A DNA stretch of 42,997 nucleotides from Craspedostauros australis (lineage: Eukaryota). Positions 11,168-24,273 of this stretch are shown here, in pieces; position 1 is the first letter of the stretch; the number at the start of each line of letters is the position of its first letter. Made by a program: the position numbers and the translations under genes. The stretch covers positions 1 to 42,997 of the forward strand of contig JALAGF010003946.1 of NCBI GenBank assembly GCA_030167865.1, read 5' to 3'. The notes under the pieces were generated by a model. It did no database searches. It was given only the letters and a program-made list of their open reading frames with translations, and was not told where the DNA came from.

Positions 11168-14100
11168 CTAGTATGGCGTCCGTCTCACGCCGTCTCCCGA
11201 CTTGCTGGGAGAAATGATGGATGGCGTTGGCGAATAGAAATCGGCAGGATCATTATCGACGCGACGTCGCAGACCCCCGGTGCCATTCTGCTGAAAAGAT
11301 GGCGATCCCATCTGACTCGTGGGCGAGAACATCGGCGACGGCGAACCCAGACCGTTCATACCATTCATTTGTGGCATTGGCTGCTGGTGCTGCTGTAACA
11401 TCATGTGCTGGTCATGGTGGCGTGTGCTGCCTGGCTGTCTTGGTTGCTGCGGCTGCTGCTGATGTTGTTGCTGCTGCTGGGCGGGATACGCCACGCCTGT
11501 CGCAGGTCGTTGTGCCATCCCGTGTTGGCCGTTGAACAGTATGTCGTCGTCGCCACCCCGGTCACCACCCGGTGGATAGTAATACGTCTTGAAGATTCTC
11601 GGGCTGAAGAGGAACTGGTACGCCCAACCCAAAGACATGACGGCCATTCCACCCAGAGATACAACCAGTATGATGAGTGCAATGAACGGCGTGAAGGTTT
11701 GGTCCAACCAAGCGATGATGGTGTACGAGAGTCCTTCGTCAGACCACGTGCAGATCTGGGCTGCTGGATCCACGCTGCAGAACTTTTGGCACGTTTTCTT
11801 GCTGGCCTCCACCGTCTTGTCACAGTTGCATTCTGGACATGGTGGGCACTTCTTGCGCGAATTGCCACCCGGTCCGCGTCTGCTGGAGGTGGTGACTGCC
11901 TCTCTCTGTTCGTTCGCGACCTTGAGCTCCCACTTCATCTTCTCTTCTTTCAGAGTTCGCTCCAATGTGGCATTGCTCTCTATCTGCTGCTCTCTCACAA
12001 CATCCTGTCGGATCTTCGCTTCCACGCCGATCAAGTCGACCTCCTCGACAATCACATCGCGCCAGACTGTGACTGCCTTGTTGCCTGCAGCATCTGTGAC
12101 ATCGTACGGAACAACCCAGTGCAAAGGAGACTTTTGGACAGGCTCTCCAACGATGACCTTGTTGGAAATGTCGACGTCGCCCTTGTATGTGTGGTCAACA
12201 GCCTTGGCGCATTCGTTGGGTGACGGACGAGTGTTACCCTCGTAGGTTGCGCACAACTCAGCACCGCTCGATGCCTTGATCATGTCCTGTGTGCGTGTGT
12301 GTATAAGCGCAAGGCATTGCAGTGTAGATTTGTAGCGGTGTAGAATGGAGTAGCCAAACAGGATAAAGACAAGTGAAAAGAACATCCCATTACATGGTGA
12401 GTCGGTTGGCGGTATTGTGGCTGTGACGCAGGCATCAACGCTCTCTTTGGTAATCACGATCATTCGAGACAGTCAAGGTGCAGTGACATCACCAGTATGC
12501 CGAGCATAGACAACGCATATGGCCACCAATGCGTCTACCATGAACCATGTCTCAAGTCTCATGCACGATGCGCTGCGGAGACCACCAATCGCAAGACGAT
12601 AGTCGCAAACACACTGGTATGATCAAGTGCCAACAGAAGCCAGGCTTTCTCGCCGGACCGCAAACCAACACGCCGACGTACCTTGATGTCATCCTCGTAC
12701 AGCTTGCGCTGATTGGATTGCATTTGTCGATTTTCCTCATTGGCGGATTTGCCGGTGAGAACTCCTGACAGTCCGCCGCACTGGCAGGTTTTGAAGACCT
12801 TTGGATTTGGACCCGCGAGTGTGATGATGGGCTTGCTGGTGTCAGTACAGCCCGTGCCGCCCTTGTATCCGCTTGGTGTGACCATGTCGCCCTCGAACGA
12901 CGCAGTCTTAAGAAATCCGTCGCCAGAGGAGTACTTGGGGCACTGGCATTCGTAGCTGCCGTTGGTGTTGACGCAGGTCGCTCCAGTCTCAGTGTCACAC
13001 TGCGGGATGAGACTGGGACACGCGGTTTTGTACTTGTTCTGGTTGATGGTGCATTCGTCAATGTCCTCGATGATGACGCGGCGGGTGACGCGGACGAAGG
13101 ATGGCGTCGTCCAGGGTGTGGCGACGGTGTAGTTGACATGGAACTCACCCACCTGCGTGAGGCAACCTGGCGGGAGTGGTTTGGAGTACGTGATCTTGAG
13201 GCTTCGTAAGTAGTCCTCAGCATTGTCATCCACGATGTCCACCATGTACTCACGGTACTCCTCGCCCTGCTTGAGCCGGAGTGTTTGGTCGTGATCAGGA
13301 TCGTGACGGAGTCGCAAGACGGGAGGGTTGACGTCGACACAGCCGTACTTCTCGTGCATCAGGTATCCGGGCTTGCAACCGCAGGCCGGTGTGTTGGTGG
13401 ATGAGACAAGGCAGATTTCGTGCTTGCCTGCAACATGTCAACACATGGTGGATCAACGAAGTCCAGTATTTGTAAAGTGCAACAAAACCAGTTCGAGAAA
13501 GGATGAAACCAAAGTAGACACGTGTGAGAAGAGGCGACATGACATGGCATGATGCAAATGCCATCGGTGTCGGTTTCAATCTTTCAACTTGGGACTCTCG
13601 TGTTTCCGAATGGACGTAGAGTAGCAAGGATCGCGTTGCTTACCTTTGCAGGGTGGGAATCCAGAGCATGCATCAACCACGGGCTTCGTGCATCCACAAT
13701 AAAAGTTGTTCTTGATGGTTGCTTCCGTCGGTGTTACGCCATCGAACATAACCTTCGGTTCTGGCTTGGGATCCAGAGATGTGCAGGTGTGGCCGTTGCC
13801 CATCAACCCCTCCGGACAAACGCACTCGTAGTTTGGCAGTGTCATGGGCGATTCCTTCAGAACACAATTGGCGTCGGTCGCGCAGTCGTTGGTTTGTGAG
13901 GCTCCGCAAGGATCGAAAGGACATGCGAAACGACGGCGGCAGGACATGCCTTCCGCGGTGTGCGCCTTCGTGGAGCAGCATTCGTGCGTGGAGGACTGTC
14001 CTGGGCATGATGTCCGGCTTGGAGATCCGAAGGAGACTTCCCAGGCAGACCGTTCTTGCCCTGCCAAGGTGCTCCAGAAGTTCTCATCCGCTGTTCCCGT

Positions 14101-15095
14101 TACGCTTCTGCCCGCGGCTCCCGCGCTTGGACAAACACACTCATATCCCCCAATGGTGTTGACGCACATGCTTGGCTCCTGACACTGGTGTCGCATGGGA
14201 TGATGCGATGGCAGCAGGCACTCGTTGGTGTCGAGAATGGTGAATGGCACGTGGAAGCACTGGGTCGCAACCTCACGCCCATCCTCCATGCGAGTGGTCT
14301 CGCCATCGCTGCTGCTGCTCTCCATCACGGATGCCAACCGCGTGACTTTGCATTGCACGATGTGCTCCCCGACACGACCATGCAAATCGGCCCCTGTCCA
14401 TTCCACCTCCACATCGACCACACCGTCCAAGACCCTGTTCACCTTCTCCACAACCACCGGCAACTGTTGGCATTGGAAGCAATATGATGAATCGTTCAAT
14501 GATCAGTGTTATGTGCCCATCCATTCCAATGTGTGCAACCATGCAACCAGTCATTCATTAATCCATTGATTTGTCCATTGATTTGCCAATTTGTATGTGG
14601 CGATATCCACATGATGATAAGGCCAACCATGAGGCGTTGAGGAAGTCCAGTACGATATCGTCATGTGACGGTGGTTTGCGGCGTTCAATCGCATCGATGT
14701 GGACGTGGAAAGTATAATAAGTAGAGTGGACAAGACGACGAATGATCGGTGAGCTGTCTGACCAGGTGACTTCACATGCACACAGGCAACATAATGATCT
14801 GATGCACTTGGAGCCATGATGTTAACTACCAATCGAAAGCCATTATTGCGGTCGCCAAAGACTGCACTCCATGACAACCAGTATAGCGCAGATCTGCACG
14901 CGCGCACACATCCCCGAAACGTACCAAGCCGGACAGGTCTCGAGGAGCCTCTTCCTGCGTGTAAGTGAGCGTCGCCTTGAGCCTTTCACATTGTCCATCG
15001 GTCTCCGCGGCGACGAGCAGTGCATTCTGCTGCTGAGACCATGGCGCTGGTGATGATGCCAGCGCCGACACGAGGAATGCCAACGAGAGCTTCAT
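11168..15095 (-). CDS. Type I membrane protein with calcium-binding EGF-like and Ig-like (DUF5011/HYR-like) domains; exons 15095-14925, 14463-13644, 13427-12682, 12286-11168 (951 aa)
   Basis: Signal peptide MKLSLAFLVSALASS. cbEGF motifs DTNEC...CVNTIGGYECVC and DIDEC...CVNTNGSYECQC. Ig-like motifs PIITLAGPNP and YDVTDAAGNKAVTVWRDVIV. TM helix FIALIILVVSLGGMAVMSLGWAY and a Q/SP-rich tail. Three GT..CAG introns (14924-14464, 13643-13428, 12681-12287) join the four ORF pieces in frame. Confidence 0.85.
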
Positions 15096-16116
15096 TCTTG
15101 ATCAAATTGTTGAAATGAATCGATGTAGAGTAATGATCTTGCTTTGTCTGTCGCTGTCGCTGCCTTTGCCTTTGCGTCAGTCTCTGCCTGTCTGCGCTCT
15201 CCACCAGATCTAGCCGCTGTGCTTCACTCTCTGGCACAACGTGAGGGACTCAGAGCGCGCTTTGTGTTCAATACGAATACCAATAGAGTGCTCCAACGTA
15301 ATATGTAATCCTCGAACAGATACTCCCCCTCCACTCGTTGCTGATACGATGCGGTGTCGGTGTCGGCGTTGATGCCTGATGATGATTCAAACCTTGCCTG
15401 TTGATGGAGCGCATGGACCAAAGCAGCGACAATGATGGCGCTGTCGTGCCCAGCTCGTTCGCCGTCCACCCTGCTTCTCTCTCGGTGAGATCTTTGGATC
15501 GGCACCGCCACACAACAAACAAGGGTTTGGCGCGGTTTGCTGTGCTGTGTTTGTGTCTTGGTGGCTTCGCGCGTTCTTCTCCCACCAACCAAAAGACAAA
15601 TGATGAATCGACAGCAGTGTCTGGCCGTCATCAGTGCTGTTCCCAAGCACAACGTACTACGGTCAGACGAAAATAAGTGCCAACTGAACTCGCTCCGCTG
15701 TCAGTAGGCCGTAGACTGCTCCACTCAACTGCAACAGTGTTGCACGAGTAGCTCATCATGTAGTCGTAGTCGTAGGTCGCAGATGGCACACCACCAGGAA
15801 CACGGAGCCTGCATTGGTAGAGAGAGAGAGAGAGAGATCAGATGCGAGTCCACTGCAAGCAAGAGGGCATGAGCACCCAAGTCTTCGTTCTTGTCCTTAA
15901 CAAAAAACAAGACAACGGAGTGTCGCAAGAAATTATCGTCACGCAGGTCAAACATTGAACTATTCAGACAGACAGATGCAGAGTCGAGTAGCAGTCTGTA
16001 TTCCTCTTTATGTGTTGGCCGCCCGTGTCTAGATCCATACTGTCGGCGTTCCTTTGCGTGTGCCCTTGAATTGCATGCCATACATGCATGCACTGCGGTC
16101 TTCTTCGCCCCTCCGC

Positions 16117-17124
16117 CTAGACTATTCGTCTGGACTTGAAGAAGTTCACGATGTGATTCGCCTGCGTGAAGCCCGTGATGAGGAGGATACAGACATGAAT
16201 GATCGGCCAGTACAGCGTCGCGGAGTGCATCTTGATCGTGTCCTTGTGCAACACCCCGTCCCGTTCTTCCAAGAAGTCCGCCTCATGGAGGATCATCTGC
16301 ACGTTGCGCTTGACCATGAGGATCTCCGTTTCCAGATGCGACATGTGCTTGCCTGTGTCAGTCTTGGACTCCTTCTTCTTCTTGCCGTACGCGCTCTCGT
16401 CTGCGGCGTCCGCCGATTCGTCGCCATCTTCCACCGCGCGCAGCGCAAATCGGATAGGGGTTTTTTCTCCCGCGGCGCTGGCACGCACGCAGATGTGGAT
16501 GAGACTGTCCAACTGCACTTTGTGGGTCAACGATCCTTCGCTCTTCTCGATGGACTTGCTGGTCGGCAGCGGTGGTCTGGGGCGTCCGCCACCTCTCGCC
16601 TTCAGGAGCTCGTTTCGGATGGCCTTGCTCGGGGTTTCAGTCACGGTGATGTACGTCTGTCCTTTTTCTCCTCCCTTGATGGTGGAGGTCTCCAAGTCTG
16701 CGCAACCATGCGGCGTCGTCGTCAGGGATAGTCACCATCGATGTGAGCAAGATATGCGCAAGATATAGCAAGGCATGAGCATGACGCGCGTCGGCCCGAG
16801 GTACGATAGAACAGGGGGCTGCAAAAGCATGCAAGCATGGCGATACGAGGAATCGCGTTCATTTCAGCTGAATGAAACGCAATTGGGACGACACAATGAT
16901 TCGCCAACACACAACGCGACGCTCTTTGCACCATCGGATCGTATGGTATGGTACGACCACGTACCTGGCGCCTCGTAATAAATGCGAAGCAGGGTGTGTC
17001 GTGCCGCATCCGTGGTGATGCACTTTGGCTTTCCAGATGTCAGCAGGAACATCGGCATGGCGGTCACGCCGCTGTGCTGCACCGCAACAGCGCAAGCGAT
17101 GAGCAACACGAGCAGACGTTTCAT
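16117..17124 (-). CDS. p24/emp24/gp25L (TMED) GOLD-domain ER-Golgi cargo receptor; exons 17124-16965 and 16697-16117 (246 aa)
   Basis: Signal peptide MKRLLVLLIACAV, GOLD Cys pair (PKCI...IHICV), coiled coil (EADFLEERD), TM helix (WPIIHVCILLITGFTQ) and a tail with FF plus basic residues (NFFKSRRIV). Phase-1 intron GTACGT..CAG at 16964-16698. Confidence 0.9.
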
Positions 17125-17213
17125 GGTGGACTGTGATGCTGGTGCTGATCTTAGCATGCTGTCTGCTCCGGGATGCCTTTTCTTGCTCTCTCGATGGCTC
17201 CTTGCCTTTGTCG

Positions 17214-17250
17214 GTCGTTGTGTATCAGTCGTTGTGTATCAGTCGTTGTG
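17214..17250. repeat. 14-bp tandem repeat (GTCGTTGTGTATCA) x2.6 upstream of the p24 gene
   Basis: gtcgttgtgtatca gtcgttgtgtatca gtcgttgtg, read directly. Confidence 0.85.
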
Positions 17251-17628
17251 CAGAGCGGCGCGCAAGATGTTGGTTGTTTCTTGTTGGTCTTGTGCTGTGC
17301 GAATCGTTTTTCAATCTCCGTTCTCACCACAAGATCCACGATGTTCGCTTGTCGGTTCGTCACGGCGAACACAATTCACGCAAGTCTGTCTACAGGATCA
17401 AGTATAGAATGATGCTTGAAGCCTGACTTAGACTACAGCAACGCTTCAATGAGGCACTTCAAGCTCAACATGACGAATGAGTACTGAATGGTGAACTTCC
17501 AAGATAGAGAATGGAACATGGTACGATATAAACTGATGCATTACTGCTCCGAAGGAGCGTAGAATAGTTGTGCGATTTGCACATGAACGTGCATCACCTT
17601 CGTTTCTGCGATTGTGATGAGGGCAGCT

Positions 17629-20600
17629 TCATTGACCGAAATGGGATTCGCTGGCGGATGCTCCAGCACCATCGGACATTTTCATCCTCTTGGCAGGGGA
17701 AATGCAAGACTCCAAGAGCAGAGTACTTGGGCTGTCAAGGACAGTGAACCTCTCCTTCATGGACGGCGTTCCAAGGTTGTGCATGGTGTTCAAGGAGAGG
17801 TCGCCAAGTGGGCGCTTCCTGGCCGACTGGAACAGCGGTCCCGGCGACTTCAGTGGCGTCAGTGTGGATGAGCCAGATGGGCTGAATCCCAGCTGGTGAT
17901 CCCAGAATGACTTGCCGTAGGCGGTTCCGATCGGTGTCAACGTGGCATCCAACAGAGTTTGGCCCGACATCTCCTTGGACACAGTGGATGGCATCGTCCG
18001 TGGGGTGAAGGACGATGCGAGTGTCATGAAAGGCGACTTTGCCACCGTGCCCGTCACAATTGGCTTGAACTGTGGTACTGGCGTCAAGGGGTGCAATGCT
18101 ACCGACACCTGCGGAGGAGGTCCCATTTCGGACAGATCAGTGTTAGCGACTTCTCCTTCTGTTTGTGCTGGTACTCGCGCTGATGTTTCTGGTGCTGCTG
18201 TTGTTGATGCTGCTGCTTCTGGTGCAGGTAGCGGTCCCGTCTCAGCAAGCTGGATGGGATCAGTCATATGAACCACATCAGGCCCCTTTACGTCACCGTT
18301 CATTGCGGGGATATCGGCGTTGCTCGTAGCGGTACTTGTGGTGGTGTTTGCGTTGGTTGCGTTGGCGTTGACATTCTCAGTCTCTGGAACGAACTCAGTT
18401 GGTTGCTGTGCTTCATGGATAGTGCTGGACACACTGTCATCAATAGTTGATGAAGCAGGTGGTGCCAGCGGTTGCGATGTTGCGTCTTCTTGGCGATGGG
18501 GTTCCTGCACCGCTTCCTGTGTCTCCTGCTCCTGCTGCTGCTGCTGCTGCTCTTGTTGCTTGGGTGGGACGGTATCCGTTTCCGGCTTCCTCTCGGATGG
18601 TCTGCACGCCAAGGGCGAGATTGAGACACGGCTGTACCGCATGCGCAACATGGGGCGGTTCATGACATCACCGCCGATCACGATCTTCATCTCCGTATTC
18701 GCATCTTGCTTGGGCGACTTGGTCGGACGCTTAGCGTTATCGTCTGCGAACAGCGCCTTGTTTAATCCACACGATTCGCGTGGAGAGAAGCTGCGGAACG
18801 CATTCTTGGAGTACGGTGTTGTGAATGTGTCGCGCAGGTTCGACAGCGGCGTCATGCCTCTCATCTTCAACGCTCCCCTGTTGGGGCTGCTGAGAGCGAT
18901 CTCCGTGTTGTCGCCGAATGTCTTCTTGTTGGGAGAATCGAACAGCGATCGTCTCGACGATGCAGGCATGAAGCTCGAAGCCAGGTTCTTGGGGACTGGG
19001 GACCTCTCACGCGGTGTCATGCTGACCCGTGCGTACGGAGACATGGATCCTGATACATGAGGCGATCGCGGATGCTGGTGCGACGAGTGGTAGGACCCAG
19101 TCAAGCTCACGCGATTCGACGACGGGCGCAGCGGCATTGCGGACACTGAACCTGGACGCCTTCCATACTCATCGTAAGATGTTGTGGTTCGCGCGCCGTA
19201 GTGGCTGTACGGGTATTGAGACGGTTGCATCGACGGCTGGGACTTGCTCGAAGCGGTATTGTTGGCTGCCTTCTTGGCTGTGCTGCCCCTGCCAGATCGT
19301 TTCTCAACGGTTTTGCGGTCGGATCCTCTGGCTCCGTACTTACCGCGGACTGCACGAAGGACGCCTTCGAGATCGCCCATGAAATCGAAGCGTCCGTCCG
19401 ACAGCAAACGCAGTTGGGATTCTTCCACCGCCTGCTTGTGTGCCAAGTATTTCTCAATTTTGCGTCGCATCGAGCTGTTCCAATGGTTCTTGATGGCATT
19501 ATCGGTTCTGTTGGTCGTAGGTGGTCAGTTGCGTGAAGTTCGGCATTGTCGTTAAGCATCGTAGTTGCGCAAGTGTTTGCAGAGCGACGGAAAGACGACA
19601 GTGAGAAGTTGAATAGCCACTTGAACAAACATGTGTATCATGTGGTGCCGACGCGAAAGCGTGATGCTGAATACATCGTCAGTGTGATCGAACGCCACAG
19701 AGAGAAACGTACCTGCCGGGGAGATGTTTCGCGATTTCTGCCCACTTGTTGCCGAGTGACATGTGCAGGGTCAAGATGATCCTGTCCTCTTCCTCGCGCC
19801 ACGCCTCCTTGCAAATGTCTGGGTTGAGATGGTTGTGCCATCGTTCGCGGCATTGCTTTCCGATCCTGCCTGGAAGGTGGGATGCGATGAGCGACCACTT
19901 CTTCGCACCGTGCATTTTGACGAGCGCGAGGAGTTTCTTGTCCTCGCTCCCCGTCCATGGGCCCTTGACGAGAGATGGTTTGAGGACCTTCTGCCACCGG
20001 TGAAGGCACTGGACTTCGGTTCGGCCGGACAACCGCGTGGCGATGGATCTCCAGTTCTTACCGCCAAGCTCGTCCACGGCCTGCCTGAGGATGTCGTCCT
20101 CATCCTTCGTCCACTTGTTGCTGATCCTCTTGGTGGACGCGTACATCGACTTCGTGGTTGTAGGCACGGATGCCTGGCCGGGCGCGTGCATGTCGGGAGT
20201 CGCGTAGTGGGGTGGTGCCATGTGCGGGTTTCGCATCATGTGTCGGCTGTAGGCTGCTGAGCTGTGCTGCCTTGTTCTTGCCACATGGCTCGACGTGCCC
20301 TTCTTACCCGTCGTCTTGGATCGCTGCACTGCCTTCATCGGTTGGGACTGCATGTACGGCGGAGGCATCATGTGCGGTGCGTATGGATGCCCCGGATGCG
20401 GCACTGGTGGTGGGTATCGCATGTAGTCATGTGGGAGTGGAGGTGGCATTCCGTGCGTGGAATGCTCCATGTAGTGCGGCGGATGCATGTGCGCTGGATG
20501 TCTGCGCATGGGCATCGGTGGGGCTGGGTGCCCCTTAGAGCTGTACGGTCCTCTGTGCTGATCTGCTGGCATGGGCATCATGCGCATTCCGTACATGTGA

Positions 20601-21007
20601 TGATGAGGATGCATCGGTGGTGGAATTGCGCTGTGTCGATAAGGGTTTTGATTTCTACTGTTCTTCGGTGCACCATCTTGCTTTGCTGATGCTTTCGCGC
20701 TGGTGCTTGCCATGGACTTTGTGGCGTTGCTCGCTGGCGCTCTTGTCGATGGTGCTGTTGATGACGCTGAAGATGACGAAGCGGGCGCAGATGACAGTGG
20801 CGCAGAAGTGGAAGTTGGAGCTGCAGCAGTCGCAGCGTAAGAGTCTGGAACAGCCGACGTGCCTGATAATGACGAAGCTGGAGCAGCTGCAGTTGATGCT
20901 GTGGTTGCGATGGTGCTCGGCTTGGTATGTCCTAATGGTGCCTCAGTCGAGGAGTTGCTGCCGTTCCTTGTGTCGCTGCTGTTGCTTTCCTTTCCGTTGT
21001 TCATCAT
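17629..21007 (-). CDS. R1R2R3-MYB (MYB3R) transcription factor; exons 21007-19713 and 19507-17629 (1057 aa)
   Basis: Three MYB repeats: KWTKDEDDILRQAV...QCLHRWQKVLKP, KGPWTGSED...GRIGKQCRERWHNHLNP, and WREEED...GNKWAEIAKHLPG R TDNAIKNHWNSSMRRK. The third is completed by splicing a phase-2 intron (19712 GTACGT to 19508 CAG). Long S/T-P-rich C-terminus. Confidence 0.93.
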
Positions 21008-21805
21008 GGTGTCTTACAATGATGCAATGGTGCAATGGTACGAGTATGCACTGTAAAATATTTGTATTCGAGGACTGACCGATGGAACGTTGGTGAGAAG
21101 GGAGTGTTCTCGAGCATGCGCGTATTGTGCTGTGTTTGCAATCCACAAATATGATAGGGTACGTATTATTATGCTGGTATGTGCACAGTAATTGGCGTCG
21201 GTTTGCCGATGATGTGATTTTGTGACGACACGGTGTTTGGCACTCGAAGTCCTCTCTTGTTGTGGTGGAAAAATGTGAGAAAGCGATGGACCACATCAGC
21301 CACACACCCGTGCGGAGAAAAACATCGTTGTTTGGCATCGATTTGTGCGTCCCAGCAACGGACAAATGGGATTTCAAATTTGAATTTGCCCGTTTTGTGA
21401 CCTCGTGTAGTCGGTCGAGTCAAGGCGAAGTTGTGATCGGGAGGCGAAAGATGTATCGAGTCCTGTGAACTTCGTTGTTCACGTTCCGTCTGTGCGACAC
21501 ACGGATCCTCAACCACCCAAATACGCGAAACCAGAAACCAAAGATACCCACCAAAGAGAACACACATCAACGCACAAGTGCGGTCGCGGTTCCTCGAGAC
21601 CGCTCTCCTCTACTCAACATGTGGCACCATACGCACGAACTTGAAGTCGAAGCAACCCCCCCCCCCACCCCCGTCAGTTGCTTGAGCGTGGTCAAGACCA
21701 GCAACGAATAGCACTACAGTTCAGGACAAGGTTTCAGTCAGACAAACAAGCAGCATCGGGACGAGCTTGAGGTGGATCCAACGAACCACAAGTGCGTGCT
21801 GAACG

Positions 21806-24273
21806 ATGGAGAGGAACAGCGAGAAGAAGAACGGCGGTGGTGGGAAGTCCCGGGCCGCGAAGAAACGGGCCAAGCAGAAGAACAAGAAGCAGAAGCGAGA
21901 CTCGGCACCAGCGGACGCTGAGACCTCGGAGCCTTCCAATTCGGGCGTAGCAGAGAAGATGTCCAAGAAGGCCAAGACAACCGCTGGTTCGAACGGAAGG
22001 CAGGACCGCTCGAAGAAGTCATCATCATCCCAGAACAAGAAGCCAGGATCGAACAAGAGCAAGGACTCGCGTACACCATCGAAATCTGCTGAAAAGGCAG
22101 GACAGGATGGCGCAGGAAAGGATAATGGTGAATCCTCAACTGGCGCGCCGGCAGCCAAACCAGAAGTGACCTTTCCCAATACGCCGCTCATTGAGATTCT
22201 TTTGCTGCAGGAAACCAAGACGCCCGAAAAGCAGGCTCTGCTGAAGCAGCTTACGTCCCGTCAGCGTGGAGAATGTCTGCTGCAGGCTATCATCGACCCC
22301 ATCACATTGGATGAGTTCTACGATGAGTACTGGGAGAAGAAGCCTCTCGTTGTCAAGGCGGAGGAGCAGACGCGGAAACGCTATGATGGCTTGCTGTCGC
22401 TTCGGAGCATCAAGGCGATGAGCAAGAAGCACGATCTTTACTATGCACGCGATTTGAATGTCACGAGATACCAAAAGACCCAAGATGGTGTCAAACGACG
22501 CGTCACGCTCGATCACTTACCAGCGGTCACGGATGACGAGGAAACCCAGGCGAGAGGCATCTTGGTAGACCCCGACGAAGTCTGGCAGAACTACGATGAC
22601 GGATGTACAGTGCGGCTGCTCTGTCCGCACAAACACGTGGACCCAATCCATGCTCTGCTGAGTACTTTGGAGCTTGAGTTTGGTTGCATGGTGGGCGCCA
22701 ACGCCTACCTGACGCCTCCCAACGCATCGCAAGGCTTCGCTCCACATTATGACGACATCGAAGCATTCTGCATGCAACTGGAAGGCAAGAAGAGATGGAA
22801 GGTGTACGAACCGACGTTGAAGCTGCCACGAGCGAGCTCTGAGGACTTTACGTCGGATGATGTCAAGCAGATGACGGAAGTGATGGACATCACGTTGGAA
22901 CCGGGCGACATCCTGTACATGCCGCGAGGGTGGATCCATCAGGCCTGCACGTTGAAGGACGTCAAGCAACACTCCTTGCATCTCACGGTGAGTGCCATGC
23001 AGCAATGGGCGTGGGCGGACCTGATGGACATTGTGATACCCGAGGCATTGGACTCTGCATCATCGAACCCAAGTTCCTCCAGTTTGCGGCAAGGCATGCC
23101 ACGCGGTTTCCTCGAATACATGGGAGCAGCCTACGATGACTCGGTCGATCCAAATGTGCCCGAATCGTTGAAGAAGCTAGAATATGCTAGTCCGAAGGGA
23201 GCAGAGGGCAACGGCAAGGACGGCAAAGGTGAAGACAATGACGGCAGCAATGATCCGACGGAACGCGGAACTGAGGCCATGGACTATGACGACGAAGACG
23301 AAAAGGCAGCAAAGGCAGAGCGTGAAAAGCTTCGCAAGAAGTTTCAGGAGGAGGCCAAGAAGCGCATCATGAGGGTTGCCAAAGCTGTGAGTTGCCATGA
23401 TGACAGTGCTGGCATTGACGTTGATGCTGATGCTGATGTTGATGTTGATGACTGGACGGTGCTGTTGTGTGTGCATGGACGCTACATGAGAGATGGTCAC
23501 GCGTATTTCAAGGCTGCAGTTGTCGAGTTTGCGTCAGAGTTCATGTGTGTACATAGGAACGGTTATGCATACAATCACTCAATCCTTGCCACTCGCCACT
23601 TTCAATTCTTCTCACGTCGTTTTTCTTTGGTATGCACTGCTGCTGTCCTTTCAACCTCATTTGGCGTGTGTTGCATCACCATCACACCATGCTTTGGCAC
23701 ACTCTATCATGTCTGCTTGCGGCTTGTTCGTGTGCTATACTTCACCCCACGCAGGCCTGCGACCTCGTGGATGCCGCCTGTGATGAAATGGGGAAGCGGT
23801 TCTTATCAGATCGACAGCCACCGTCGTTGACGAAGGCAGAGCGGGATGCCACAATCCGAGCAGAGCGAATCCAACAAGGAGAAGCCGAGGCAGAGATCAC
23901 GCCGATGACAATGTGCAGGTTGGCGCGACCAGGCATTGCACGGCTCGTGCTGGAGGATGAACGTGCCGTGGTTTACCATTGCGCTGATAACGTCAGGGTG
24001 TTCCATGGCAACCCATTGAGTCCGTTGGAATACGAGATGGACGACGGGCCTGCGTTGGAGCAGCTCCTTACGACCGTGGAGCCTGCGTGGATCATGGTGA
24101 ACGATCTCATTCATGACACAATCGAAGACAAGGTCTCCATCGCCAGTTCTCTGTACGACGAGGGAATCTTGGCAATCCAGAGCGAAGCTGACATGCGTGA
24201 AGCTGAGATGAGTGAAGCAGAGACGCGGGAAGCCAACATGCATGGAGCTGAGATTCAAGGCGCTGCTGAGTAA
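21806..24273 (+). CDS. RIOX1: JmjC ribosomal oxygenase / histone demethylase NO66-like; exons 21806-23386 and 23755-24273 (699 aa)
   Basis: FYDEYWEKKPL, VGANAYLTPP, SQGFAPHYDDIEAF (HxD), QLEGKKRW, GDILYMPRGWIHQA, SLHLTVS, LRQGMPRGFLEYMG, and a Lys-rich N-terminus. Phase-0 intron GTGAGT (23387) to CAG (23754) joins VAKA|ACDLVDAACDEM. Confidence 0.9.

Noticed and set aside
23396..23455. Box C/D snoRNA-like motifs (ATGATGA, CTGA, TGATGA) in the NO66 intron
   Set aside because: They arise from a GATG(C/T)T simple repeat; there is no terminal box D or closing stem.
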